A DNA stretch of 63,393 nucleotides, filler included, from Sphacelaria rigidula (lineage: Eukaryota): assembly GCA_964200075.2 (NCBI GenBank). It is 6 parts of 6 records of this genome, joined end to end, with 100 filler letters (N's around TTAATTAATTAA, not from the genome) between each part and the next. Parts side by side here need not be neighbours in the genome. Positions count along the whole stretch, not along the records: positions 21,167 to 31,648 come from CAXNAA020006421.1; positions 31,749 to 42,230 come from CAXNAA020006422.1; 4 more parts are not named here. One strand, written 5' to 3'. A program made the translations under genes and the position numbers. Under the pieces are notes generated by a model that had not been told where the DNA came from, did not search any database, and saw only the letters and a list, made by a program, of their open reading frames with translations. Positions 25,126-37,449 of this stretch are shown here, one piece after another (the stretch's first letter is position 1; every line of letters starts with the position of its first letter).

Positions 25126-25458
25126 TTACAAATCAATCCCGGGCCCCTTCATCGTCGCCATCCCAAACAGATCCACATGGTCCCTGTCGGGCATGACAGC
25201 GAACGTGATGGGCTGCAACTCCACAGCCCCCCACGGCGTACGCACGCTAACAGCAATCAGCACGGTTCTATGTGTAACCGTCACGGGAGCACCCGTGGCG
25301 GTTTGTGCCGTTTGCGGTTCATTTTCGAATGGAATCTGCCGCTGAGCGCTGCCAAACTGCGAAGACATTCGTTCTAGCAACTCAACACCGATCGAAGTGA
25401 GCGCGGACCCAGAATCCAGAATACCGCGGGCCATGAACGAACCTACGGAACCAGGCAA
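25126..25458 (-). pseudogene. Gypsy aspartic protease
   Basis: ILDSGS catalytic motif; C-terminal DLFGM flap motif. Confidence 0.85.
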
Positions 25459-27571
25459 GGAAGGATCTGCGCGTAATTATTCAGCCTTGCGATCGACAGG
25501 TACCACGCCCGCCGAAGAATCCTGGTCGGTACCAAAAGTCACCTGACGCCAGGGCTGCCCTCCAGCACTTGACATCGATAGCGGAGAATCGGCGGTCCAA
25601 CCAGACCACGTCGCTGAATATGCAGACGGCGCTGTTACAGCCGTCGCAGCAGTAGGAGATGCATCAGACACGGATCCTACCTGACCGAGGGGTTGCGAAC
25701 TTTTTGCTCCAGCACTACCCACCGAAGTACTTGCATTTCCCACGTACACTATCCGCCCCGACACGGACGAACCATAAGATCCAGAGTCACCACCTGATGT
25801 CGTAGTGGAAGAAACAGCAGCGGAGGAACCACCATCAGCCGCCGATTGCTTGCTACCGCGGCCGCCACGCCCGCGTCCATGGTTGGCACGGCCCCGTCCA
25901 CCATGACGACCGCCTCGAGATCCTGATGAATTTCGTGCGTTGCTCTGAGCAGCGCCTCGAGCGTGAGGCTTGGGGCAGTCCTTAATCAGGTGTCCGTTGT
26001 CGCCGCAGTTGTATCACGCGCGAGTGGACGACGCTTAGGAAAACAGCTGCTGTTTCTGGTGTTGTTTGAGGCCCGCACCACCTGCATTTGCCGCAGAGTC
26101 GCGCCGGCCATGCGCCTCGATGGACTTCCAGTGGTCGGCGGCATCAAAATATTTTGTTGAACACCACCGTCGGATTCTGTTTCCCACCGTCTACATGCGT
26201 TAGTACACTTCTAACATACGCCTCGAGTTCCGGAGGCGTAATCCCGTCCACCAAAGCTGTGGAAACCGAGTCGGCCGGGCCTGACAATCAGCTCCTGTCC
26301 TCCGCACGGTGGATGGCTGGCACCGTGAGGTTTTCTGCGAAAAACGTTACCATCGATGAGTTGATCATCATTGCTCGATCCTTGACCGATGTTCCACCGC
26401 TTTGCTGCATAGATTGATTGACTGATTGTCGCACTTTAATTGACCCCCCAGGGGTCCAGCCGTGGTCTCATGATAGACGTACCCAAGAAAAGCATAGTAA
26501 GAACTCTACGCAGGTCTGCTACAGCCCGCGCAATGTCATGCGTGCCGTCGGTTGTGGTGTACCCGGCATGCTGCTTCACAACATCTAGCAATTCGTCGAG
26601 GGTCATATCCCGACGGTCCTTGTACATGCCTTCAAAGCACCGGTGAATATATGTAGGAATAAGTTGCCCAATGCTCACCCTGGCATGCCGTACGACTCCT
26701 TGTGCATTTGCCAGATACAAACGCTCTATGTAGTCGAGATATTTGGCATAGAAAGCTCTTGAGGTCTCCTCGGTCCACACTTCGCCATACTTTGGTGGGT
26801 CTAGCGACTCATCTAACACCAGCGGCGCTGCCGCCGCTTGAGCCATGTCGCCTAGGATTTACGACTTCACGGAGAGACTCTTGCCTGAGTTGTGCGTCCA
26901 TCAGCCCACGGAGCGTCCTCCACTGCTGTGCGTTTCAAGTTGTCTCCTTCCGACTGCGGGCCAAACTGGCTTCCAGCTGCAGCCCCTCTCCTCAACCAAA
27001 CTCCCCCAACAGAGTGCAGAAAAGAAATATCTAGATATAATAGCCTCTGCCAGACGATCTGGACAAGAGGACTTTCAACGAGGGACTCCTCCAGTATCAC
27101 TGGCCTTGTGCTCGACAAGTCCCTTCTCCTAACTTGTTATCATCACGGAGTGATCCTCAACAGATCACATCACGAGCCAGACAGCAAGGGGCCACACAAA
27201 AAGGGGCCATCAATCCAGCATCCCCTGTCCCCTGCCACTGCTCCAATCATATGCATGCGTTTTTACTGAAACCTACGGCTTGGTATCATTTGGCTACAGG
27301 AGAAAACCAAGGGCAGGTCGAGTAGAGTATGTACTTTTGAGTAATCGAGTAAAATACTCGAGTATTTACTCTATACTCTAAGTTTGTGTAGGCCGAGTAT
27401 GGCCTCAAATATTCCACTCAAATTTTGAGTACGTTGAGTACGGCCTCAAATACCCTACTCAAATAATGAGTCGATCGAGTACGACCTCAAATACTCTACT
27501 CAAATGTTGAGTAAACACTCTCAGTAATACTTGAGTACAGAGTATCACTTGGGTATGACCTCAATACTCTG

Positions 27572-27820
27572 GAGTCATCCTACGATAGGGGGGGGGGTAT
27601 TTTGGGCCACTTCTTGCATGAAATTTCAAGTCAAATCGTCGTCGAAAGCAGCAGCGGTTGATCGAATGAGCTTAGTATAAATACGCAACACTCATTCATA
27701 CCGATCGACACCGCTTTGAATCATATACAAGCACATCACGAGTGTGGCAGGTCGTCTGACACACTTATGAGCCTGTTTTTTCGTGAAATCAAATAACCAA
27801 CCCCTATCGTAGGATGACTC
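27572..27820. mobile_element. MITE family B (TIR GAGTCATCCTACGATAGGGG), 4-bp TSD TCTG/TCTA
   Basis: TIRs are perfect; the empty site AATACTCTACTCAAA is present in neighbouring satellite units. Confidence 0.92.
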
Positions 27821-28053
27821 TCTACTCAAATTTTGAGTGAGTCGAGTACGGCCTCAAATACTCTACTCAAATGTTGGGTAGGTTGAGTATGGCCTCAAAT
27901 ACTCTACTCAAATTCCGAGTAGATCGAGCACCACCCCAAATACTTTACTCAAGTTTTTAGTAAGCACTCTCAGTAATACTTGAGTATAGAGTATCACTTG
28001 AGTATAGAGTATCACTTGAGTATGACCTCAATACTCTTCTCAAATTTTGAGTA

Positions 28054-28601
28054 CAGTAGTGGGCGGTCTAACTATTTATTTTGTGGCATTTCGAGATTTT
28101 TCGTGATTGGCGATTTTCTCGGGCTTTTGTCGCTCGCCACCACTTATCACACCGGGGATCTGGAGATATTTGTATCCACTCCACATTCCAAGGAAAAAAA
28201 TCATCTGTACTCAATATTGAGTGACTAATGACTAACCGATCATCGGGGGTCTTGCCACGTTTCAGCCCAGATTCTTGCTCTTCTGTATTTTCGGTCAATC
28301 GAGCCCGTCCCGATCATATTTGTAAATAAATGTACAGTTTTATTTTTTCGAAGTTCTGCCTACTCAGTGCACTAGGGCCGAAAAAGTGTTTTTCACGGTC
28401 AAAAACACCCTCCTGATAAATGGGGTATTTACTCGTTTCGCCCGATAACACCAACTAACACTGACTTGGGCATTGTGTTCCGAAGATGATCTGTTTTGTT
28501 GTATCAAAATCTACCGACGTTAGCAATTTCGAGTTCTATCGAAGAGTAGTACACGAGGAAAACCCCGAAATACTCCTAAATAGTTAGACCGCCCACTACT
28601 G
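28054..28601. mobile_element. Tc1/mariner-pogo type MITE (TIR CAGTAGTGGGCGGTCTAACTATTTA, TA TSD)
   Basis: TA|CAGTAGTGGGCGGTCTAACTATTTA...TAAATAGTTAGACCGCCCACTACTG|TA. Confidence 0.93.
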
Positions 28602-28804
28602 TAGGTCGAGTACGGCCTCACATACTCTACTCAGATTTTGAGTAGATCGAGTACGACCTCCAATACTCTACTGTGACGATTCATAGGCAACCGATCAAAT
28701 ATCGAGTAAGCACTCTCAGAAATACGTGAGTATGCAGTATCACGTGGGTACGGTGAGTATCCATGACTGACCGTCCGCGACTTCGCGACGTCACTTTACA
28801 TACT

Positions 28805-29020
28805 GACACTTTCTACGATAACCCCCCCCGAAAGTGCATGGTTTTGGGAGGCAAAATCTTCACGTAAATCGAAATGGGAAACCCCGAGCACAACGAGAAG
28901 CTGGGAATTCCCACGCTTGTGTTTGTTCTAGCCAATCTCGCCAACATGAGGCGCTGTATGGCCATTTTTTTCGTGACACTTTTAGCTGGTTTTGGGGGGG
29001 GGGCTATCGTAGAAAGTGTC
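28805..29020. mobile_element. MITE family C (TIR GACACTTTCTACGATA), 4-bp TSD TACT
   Basis: TACT|GACACTTTCTACGATA...TATCGTAGAAAGTGTC|TACT; inverted relative to 19754-20001. Confidence 0.93.
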
Positions 29021-29782
29021 TACTATGTTGAATACATGGGCGAACGATAGTTATCAATGAGATGGGTGGCGTTACGTCATAGGCTACAGTGAGTATGAGC
29101 AAATGATGGCCATGAAAAAAAAAAAGCGTGCAGGTGAATGGACAGTGAACCTACCTGCCCCATCGCCCCATCTTACCCCATCATTCATTTTACCCTAATT
29201 TTGTATCATCATTTGGGTCTGATCAAAATGCTTTCTTGAATACACTGTATCCGATCTACTCGACCCGCCCTTGGAGAAAACACACACTTTCAACGACGAC
29301 TACCCAAAAAAAATAGTTCTTCATTTGCCCCGTTAAATGGACACGCCTGGCAATTACACAGTTGAACTGTTATTCTTTCAAAGTTTGAGAAGAATCTACG
29401 CGCCTTGAATTGAGACCTGCAACGAATCTGTCATCTTCTGTTGAACGCGTCGAAACAGTCGGAAAAAATGGAAGTGTTGCATGGTGACGTTCCGGTAAAT
29501 CTCGTGTACAGATGAAAATGCACTCCACTGCTTTACACACACGTGGACAGATAGCACCCTGTAGGACGTGCTGCACAGGTTTCTTCGCAGTCCTTGCGAG
29601 AACCCCTGTACGGCATTTGCGAACCCTAGTACCTCTACCAGCATTTTGTGTGGCGTTTTTCTCGACACCCTGTAAGCGACCCTGTGGAGAGGCAATTCCA
29701 ATTCGAAAATTTCAAATTATTCCGTCACAAAATCTGTAAATCTATATACCTAGAGAAGTTGTTCGAAATAAATCCAATACAT

Positions 29783-30167
29783 GTGTATGGGATTTGTACG
29801 GCAGAAGCTGTTCGAAATATATCACTTTTTTGTCCAATTTAGTTGGGCGAAAAAAAGATGTATTTTGAACAGCCTCTCCTGCTGTACAAATCCAATACAC
29901 ACCGGTAGATTTGGGATTTGAACAGGAGAAGAAGCTCGAAATAAATCCTCACTTTGCCCGCCAATTCATCCGGAAATTGGGCAAAAAGAGAATTTATTCT
30001 GAGCAGCCTCAGCTATGCAAATCGCGCATACTGCACCGTCATCAGCGGATGGGATCCGAGATGCAGCAAGAATTGTTGGAAACAATTTCTCTTGTCTCCC
30101 AATTCATACATCAATTGGGCTAAAGGATGAGGTTCTCAACAGCTTTCGCTCAATACAAATCCCACAC
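29783..30167. repeat. Three tandem diverged palindromes (~115-120 bp each)
   Basis: Units ~29783-29900, 29911-30025 and 30049-30167, each GGGATTTG..TTTGYCCAATT-loop-ATTGGGC..CAAATCC. Confidence 0.75.
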
Positions 30168-31648
30168 ACTGCATACAAGTGTATGTCCACACGCCTGTGC
30201 TTCGGAGCGACGCTTTGGCTGCAGGCGTGGTGACGATGAAGGTCTCTCGGGGTAAACCTCGTATATCCTGGCACATAACTCATGAAAACCCAGTCGTCCG
30301 ATGTCTACCAAAACAAACTAAATGCTTTTTTAGAAAAATCACTCAATCAATCATGCTTCTATTTTCGAAGGTTTTTGCTCGATATCCATTAAAAGCGCAA
30401 AAATAATTGACTTGTCGACAACGAGTCGTAGGTGGTTCAATGTGCGGTTAGGTGTAGTTCCGACTACAGAAGAAGCGCGAGTTCAGTACCTACCTCTGTC
30501 ATATATCGACCGTTTTTTCTGCCAGTACCGTGCCCGCGCTGTAAAGTGGAGCATATTGTATGTGCGTTATAACACTATACATGCATTTTAACAACAGTGA
30601 ACAGTACACGGGGCGACAAAATCCTGTGAAGCGTGCTGTATGGCGGGGAAAACACCCTAGAGCCAAATCCCCGCGAGAAACACTGCACAGTTTCCCTGAA
30701 TCCTGTAGACGTCCCCCACAGGATGCTATCTGTCCACGTGTGTAGCCATCATTCCATCATGAGCCCCGAGCAACTAAGCCCGCATATTGACAGCAAAGGC
30801 CACCACCCAAACACGCAATGTTTTCATACTCTCCAAGGCATGCATACTTCACGGATTTCAATACTTCACGTCCAAGCACCCGACACAGCCATGGAACAGC
30901 TTGAACATTGTTACGCAACATCAACGCTCATCATGCGCTCAATCTTACTGTATCAACCATTGTGGGAGAATGAATCACACATCATGATTGAGAACACTAG
31001 AAAACGTAGGGCACACCTGGAATCACTTAAATCCAAACGCCTTTCCCTCTTTTAAAGGGGAATGCGCTCTCTCTTTTGAAACCAACAGGTCGTCTACAAA
31101 CTCCATCCTTGCCCAACTCGTGAGATACGGCACGAGCCTCCATCCTTCTCGACTTTTCCGTACCCTCGGATTCATCGCCATACAGGCTTCGTGAGTCATC
31201 GCACATGCCAAACATACCAGAATCATCATCTTCAGTCACATCCCGGTATCCTACATCTGTGAGTGAAAAACAAACCTGCCCTGAGTCGTCGCCATCGCCT
31301 GTTTTGGTTATAATGGAAGAGCCATCTGGAGTACAGGTACAAACAACAGTCGATCTACAGCCACGGATATGCCTTGAACTCGTCACCTTGCCGCAAGCGT
31401 GAGAACTCTCGCCGGTTTCAGCATTACTCTGAACGCTAGAGCTTGGAAATGGTTCGTCTAACCATTAGCGAGTTGAATGTGATGAAGCTCAGAGGCGTTG
31501 CAAGATATACTCTGTGCGGGTCTGCTCGTAGACCCTGGATTCCGTAACGCGTTGTTATCGCGTTTGCTACTGTCATTAGTTAGGGTTGTTTAGCTGCGGC
31601 CCCACCCTGCAGCGCCCCATCTAATCAGTTGCTGCCCTTGCCGTGGTC

Positions 31649-31748
31649 NNNNNNNNNNNNNNNNNNNNNNNNNNNNNNNNNNNNNNNNNNNNTTAATTAA
31701 TTAANNNNNNNNNNNNNNNNNNNNNNNNNNNNNNNNNNNNNNNNNNNN
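31649..31748. other. Artificial scaffold linker
   Basis: Same N/TTAATTAATTAA/N structure. Confidence 0.97.
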
Positions 31749-34700
31749 TCCCTTTCGAGACGGAGCAACCGGGGAGGGGGGGGGGGCGGGGGGTCCGCAA
31801 TGTTTATAGTCCATCATACTAGAAACTTGTGTTCATCGCTAATATTATGTTGAACAAACCATACCCCATTTTGATCCTATTTGATCCGTTTATACCCCAT
31901 CATCGACCGATTTTGGACGTTTTCTCGTCGAGCACCAGCAATTACATGCTAACAAAATGTTGGATGGGGCGTGCGTAGGTCAACATCATGGACATGTCCA
32001 AAATCAATGATGGTTTCGCGATTTTTACATTGTGTGGCCCATTTTTCTCGATTTTTCGTGTTCCCGGGTCTCTCATGCTTTGCTGGGAAAACGAGCGAAA
32101 AATGGCCGTTTTTGGACCGACCGAGGGGCCCCATATCGGTATATGGCTGCATCACCGCCATACGAACTTCAAGTAATTAAATGTAATTAACGTGTATTCA
32201 ATACACGTGCGGTGCAGTGCAGAAACTACTATCGCCATCATCCAGCGATCAGGGAGCACCCCCCTCCCCCATAAAATCGGGTACACCCCTCCCTCCTTCA
32301 ACCCCAGAATGAGGTTTATGCCGCCTGGGGGGCGGTGGGGCAGCCATTTCCCGATATGGGCCTCCCTGGACAGACTTACTCTCTCTCGGCCGCGTGGCTG
32401 CATGGGTCAAGCACCCGTGTTGTGGTAAGAATGTTGGGTGTAGCTAGAAGAACGCTGACGAATGCAACTGAAAGATCGAAAAGCAACAATCACACCATGA
32501 ACGGTCCGTGCAATCATGAGGGCCTTTACTTCCGGCACAGAGGAAGTATATACTTTTCTTAACGTGACTGTTTTTGAGAAATGATTGAAATTTTCCACCG
32601 TTTCGTCGCAATAAAAACAAACTTGTACACTGGGGTTTGTAAATATTTTCTCTCATGTTTTGTTGGACCGACACCTTCGCCGGGCAACTGTGCAAGGGAG
32701 CTATTCATTCATCAATCGGCTTCTCGCTCTCAATCTCAATCTCACAAAAATGTTGTTTATTGTTTCAGTTTACGCCAAGACAAAGAAAGACGGCCGCTAT
32801 GGCAGCACCATGTGGGCTGGACAGCAAGCAGAAGGCATGTCTGCGATGTGCAATTACGCCCTTTGTCGACATAGGGAACAGCAAAGAAACGCAGGCACCC
32901 TTCCTGACCGCCTGATGCTCCCATGTAAAGATTCAATCGGGCGAATATTGATTCGTCTGAAAATCACTCGCCTTGGGCGTCATCAATTCGTGCGGTACGA
33001 ATCGATCCTTGGACTTTGTTCTCGGCCTTGCGCCCCAGGCACGTGAATAAGCGCAAAATTTGCGGTCGATACCTTTTGCGACGCACGGTCGACGTTTTCC
33101 TCTTTTTCGACAAATCAGGCTGCAGAATACATGAATGTGGTGCTTTGAATCAGCGATGATTCGTCCGAGCCTTGAAACTGCCTTATATTCATGGCCTGCA
33201 TTCGAGAATATCATCCAAGCGCTGCTACTTCGCTGTGGACACTGGTACGCCCCATGAGCTGTCCCACGATCGGCTTGAGCTGTTTTTAGTTTCTCGTCGT
33301 GACGCTTGCGAGAGATCTCGCTCAAGCGGTGCACGGCTGTAAGCACATGAGATTTAGAGGAAGAGTGTACGGAGTGTCATGCCATGGTATAGATTGCACG
33401 CATGAGCCCATATGTTTCTCGTTGAGGGGCTCCAAAACCTAGGAGCTTCACAAGAATATGGGTCAGGCGGGATATTTCCGTTTTTCAAAACACATGAGGG
33501 GCATCCGTCGCCGATTGGAATGCTAATCGTGGCGTGCTCTCACATATTTGAAACTACCTCGTTCTTTGGATGAGATGAACGGTTCCTGACAATTCGAACA
33601 TGATGAATCTTTCACACGTGGGACGGGTCATGAGCTGCCTCAACATCACTTCTCATTAGTGTACTGATTCGGATCATGAGCTAGCCCACCTGGCCCCACT
33701 TTCCCATATTTTCTCCCTACAGCACTGGACGCCGAGCACAGGGAGGAGCGCAGAGGTAGCGCTTTGGTTTCTCGAACCCTGCTGACACGTGTCTTGTGTT
33801 TTTGGACGAAGGGTCTGAGAGTCGCACTCGATTGCTGTAGTTGTTTTAGGTAGCTCATGACGTGTCCGACTTGTCAAATCTTTCGTGCACCCCTACAGCG
33901 ACATTAACGTACGGTCGGTTTCGACGGATAGATCAACACCACTTGTTGTCGTGATTTTTTTTCTCGGGCTCATCTTGTATAATATTTCGATGTCATATTC
34001 CAGTGTACAGGGGTCGCGATATTTTCTACTCATCGGTGAAACCGACGATCAAGTTGTGTGTTCTATCCATCGTCTCGCCCCGACCCGCCCATTGCGCAGA
34101 TTGCATACATTTTATTTTATTTCGCGCGCGTGTGTGTTCTTGCTTCCTCCTTTTGTCCTTTCTTCTCTTCTTTCCCCCACTCGCTCTTCCTCTCCTTTTC
34201 TGTTCGCATGGTCCTCTTATTTTTTTTCTTGACCATTTTCTCGCTCTCCCCCATCATCGTTTGTTTGTTTGACGTCTTTCAGGAGGGAGTACACCTGTAC
34301 GGGGAAGAGATGAGCGTGGATGCCACAGAAAAGACGCTGGAGGAGCTTGACGTCAGTGCAACGCCGTTTGGAACGTTCGTCAACACAAGATGCTCTAATT
34401 TTGGTACAGTGCCGGGACCGGGTGGGGGGAGGGGACCCTTTGATTTGAATAGCAGAAGGAGTGCCGGGGAGACCATGACTCCCGATACATGAATCGCGCC
34501 CTTGAAAAGAGGCTGACCAAATACTCAGATTTGGGCTGGTTTGAGCGGTATCCTGTTTTCTTTCGTGTGTCAACGAGCATTTCACAGAGAGTGTTACTGA
34601 ATTGAAAATGAGTACCGCAGCTTGGCAAGAGGTGTGTAGCATCTCCTGGTCGGCGCTTGTCGACTCGTGTTCGGTGTGCCATTGCTGTGTTCTCTTTCGT

Positions 34701-37449
34701 AAATGATACATGCACAGCTGTTCAGCTCGGCGTCCCAAACCATTGCAATCCTCTGGAGCGGGGAAGAGGGTAGGCACATTGTACGTTTTGCCCGTTGTCC
34801 CCTGCCCGTCTGTTCGTGCTTCACCCTTGAAGTGGAAATTTTCAAGGACTCGAATGTGTGCAATATGATGAGTATCTCGCCGTGACAGTCGAGCCACAGT
34901 ACCCCCCGTAGATTGAATGAAAGCTATAAACGAGAGCTTTCGAATGAGCATAGCTTTGTCGTCAGCAAAGAAGTTGGGCACGAGTCGCGTCCCAAACCGT
35001 ATCTTGCAAAATGAGGGAGGAATAACGAAATAGTTTTGTAGGTGGCAACCGAAAAAAAGCCTGATAAGTGCGTTTTTTTTTCTTGACGTTTCTGGAATCC
35101 CGGAGAAAAACGGATTCCAAAACCGTTCGGGCCGAACCTTTCTGTGCCTGTTATCGCCACTGTTTTTTCAAATTTTGTGACAATATGTCCTTTGAGGTCC
35201 CAAATGCACCAAATGTATACATTTTGTGTGATGTCCGTCTCTGCAAGTAGCTGTAAGCTGGTGGGTGAAGGCTAGAGGTGGTTGCCGGGTGCTGCGGGGT
35301 CTGGAAAAAAAATTGTGAGCAAATACTGGCAAAAAAGAAGTGAGACTACCGCCAGAACGAAAATGGGGGGAAAGACCCAGGACGCGGGTTCAAACTCCGG
35401 CTTGACGCAAAAATTTCTCCTTATTTTTTTTTTTCTCCTGCGCCAGCTACCCTTTTGCGCGCGGCCGCGGGCGTTCGCTGCATGCATTTTTTGTGTTTTT
35501 TCCTCGCCTTGGATCAAAAGTTATGGAGGAACAACCAAATTCGGGGTCCTTGAAAAGTTCCACCTTCGCTCGCTGCTGCCCGTTGACGAAAGGCGCCCAT
35601 GTTTTTCTGTTATTCTACAACGTGTAGATTTCCCCTGTCAAGTGACCAAATGTACGTTTGGCGTCCATCGCTCCCGTGATACACTTGCTCCCCACCCCCC
35701 CCTCTCTCAGGGACTAGACGATGGTGAGGAGGAACTGGACATTTCCGGAGACGAAAGAGATACCTCGCCTGGAGATGACACCGGGCCTTCTCCAGCTGGT
35801 GCTAGTAGTGTGATGGGGGAGAATATGTCTCTGCAAATCAGGGACCCCCCGAAAACGGCGAGGGGGGTTCTTCCCCGGAAATTGGCAATGATCTGTTGGG
35901 AACGTGAATTTCTTGTCACCGGTGAAGCTGATCGCTTTGACGCCCCAGCAGTATCCACCGCCTGTTGAAACGACATCTTTCACCGTGATGATCGGCTTAC
36001 CAGACGCTTGCGGCCTATCTTCTGGAGCGCTCCGAGGGTTACCCACGCGGCATTATTTCTCTCGTCTTGACGTCTCCCGCTTTTGATGTTTATGTCGTGA
36101 CGGTTCATGGCTTGACACTTGCTTTTCGCGAACAACGCCATACCTCACCGCCCTGGTGGATTGGTTTCACAGGCAGCAGACATCGAGGATTGAGCTGTTT
36201 TGCTCCCTTCTCTTGGTGAGATGCATGAATTGCAAGGAGAAATTGGTCGTGACAGTATGTGAGGTTTCAAGAGACCAGCTCGGTGAAAATTGGTCGTAGT
36301 TTGTGAGCTGGTCTGGCCGATATCGACTCTTGTATTTTTTTATCGATTTCGTCCTGTCTCTTGTTCAGCAGCTCCACCATGTATCTGTCCAGACGGGAAC
36401 AAATGAATTGCGTTTCAGCACGTGTCCCTATCTTGTTCGTTCAGTGCCCACGGCGAGGTTGAAACACTGTGGACGGAGGAACTGCGTTCGTGTGTGTTTG
36501 TCCTCTTGTCGAACTCGAAGTGGAGACCGCTGGGAGAAATTCGGGGCGATCGGCTCCCCGATCAAGACGACTTGGACGTGTGTTTGTACCGATGACAAAC
36601 AATTCCCATTTTGTTCAACATGAAGGCACAAGAGCTCACCCTAAGGTGTGGGCTCGGATGACTTGTGAATCCGTCCTTTTCACGTGGTTCCCAGCCGAGT
36701 GCATGATGCTCTCCTGTCACCCTGGATATGTTGGTGTCTTGCGTCGACGTACATGCACAGGGGCTGGTTTTGGGGAAGGAAAACAAAATTCAGGTCTTCG
36801 GGGCAAATGGGCACAAAAACATTGGGGCAGCAATGGTGGGTACTGCAGTGTATCGCAACCCACGAACTGAGTAGGCGCCGACAAAAGTAACATGGATATT
36901 GAAGACCCAACAATGTTACTCAACAACATAATATCCTCTCATCCACACTACGCACAGAACACGGCCAGTGCGGCTCTCGAGAAGAAACGCTGAAGGCTGA
37001 AACGGAGTATGTGAGCACCTACAGTCGTTGATGTTGTGACGTTAGACTGCAGCAGTGGTACTGCCGTTTGTTGATGAAGTGTAGGCCTTCGCTCCGTAGG
37101 CTTCAGCCCCGAGCGTCCTATTTCATTTCTGGAGCCCAAAAGAGCGGCTTTTGATTCTCTCTTCATCTTCTGGAGCCGGTTTGATCCCTCGGGCAGTATT
37201 TTTCATCCCCCCCCCCTTCTACCCCATTCCTGCAGAGCTGGACCATAACCCCCCTCAAAACCATCAACACCCGAAGAACTGGGAAGCAGTGAAATATGTG
37301 ATGAGTACTGCGGGACAATAGAGAAGGCCTAGTTGGCCGAAGGCAGCGCGTCGGCTTCAGCCTACCTGCCTACCTGCATCTTCGACAACAACGCGAAACA
37401 CATAATACCACTAACCATCACGTGGGTACACGGTGCCCACGGTGGGCGC

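Larger units (their letters stand above)
23670..26846 (-). mobile_element. Decayed Ty3/Gypsy LTR retrotransposon internal region (gag-PR-RT; RNase H and integrase largely deleted)
   Basis: gag ORF 26436-26846 plus knuckle *YNCGDNGHLIKDCP (~25975-26015); protease GILDSGSALTS; RT FGKFDLLQGYWQMPL, PTRVPQGVLNA, VWMDD; LTRs not resolved. Confidence 0.9.
27318..28760. repeat. GAGTA/TACTC-rich tandem repeat region (~35-bp units, GAGTACGGCCTCAAATACTCTACTCAAAT) interrupted by two MITEs
   Basis: Many diverged units visible on both sides of the insertions at 27572-27820 and 28054-28601. Confidence 0.85.

Noticed and set aside
27281-27288. TGGTATCA as the tRNA-Met PBS of the Gypsy element
   Set aside because: It is on the plus strand while the element is on the minus strand, and there is no adjacent LTR end.
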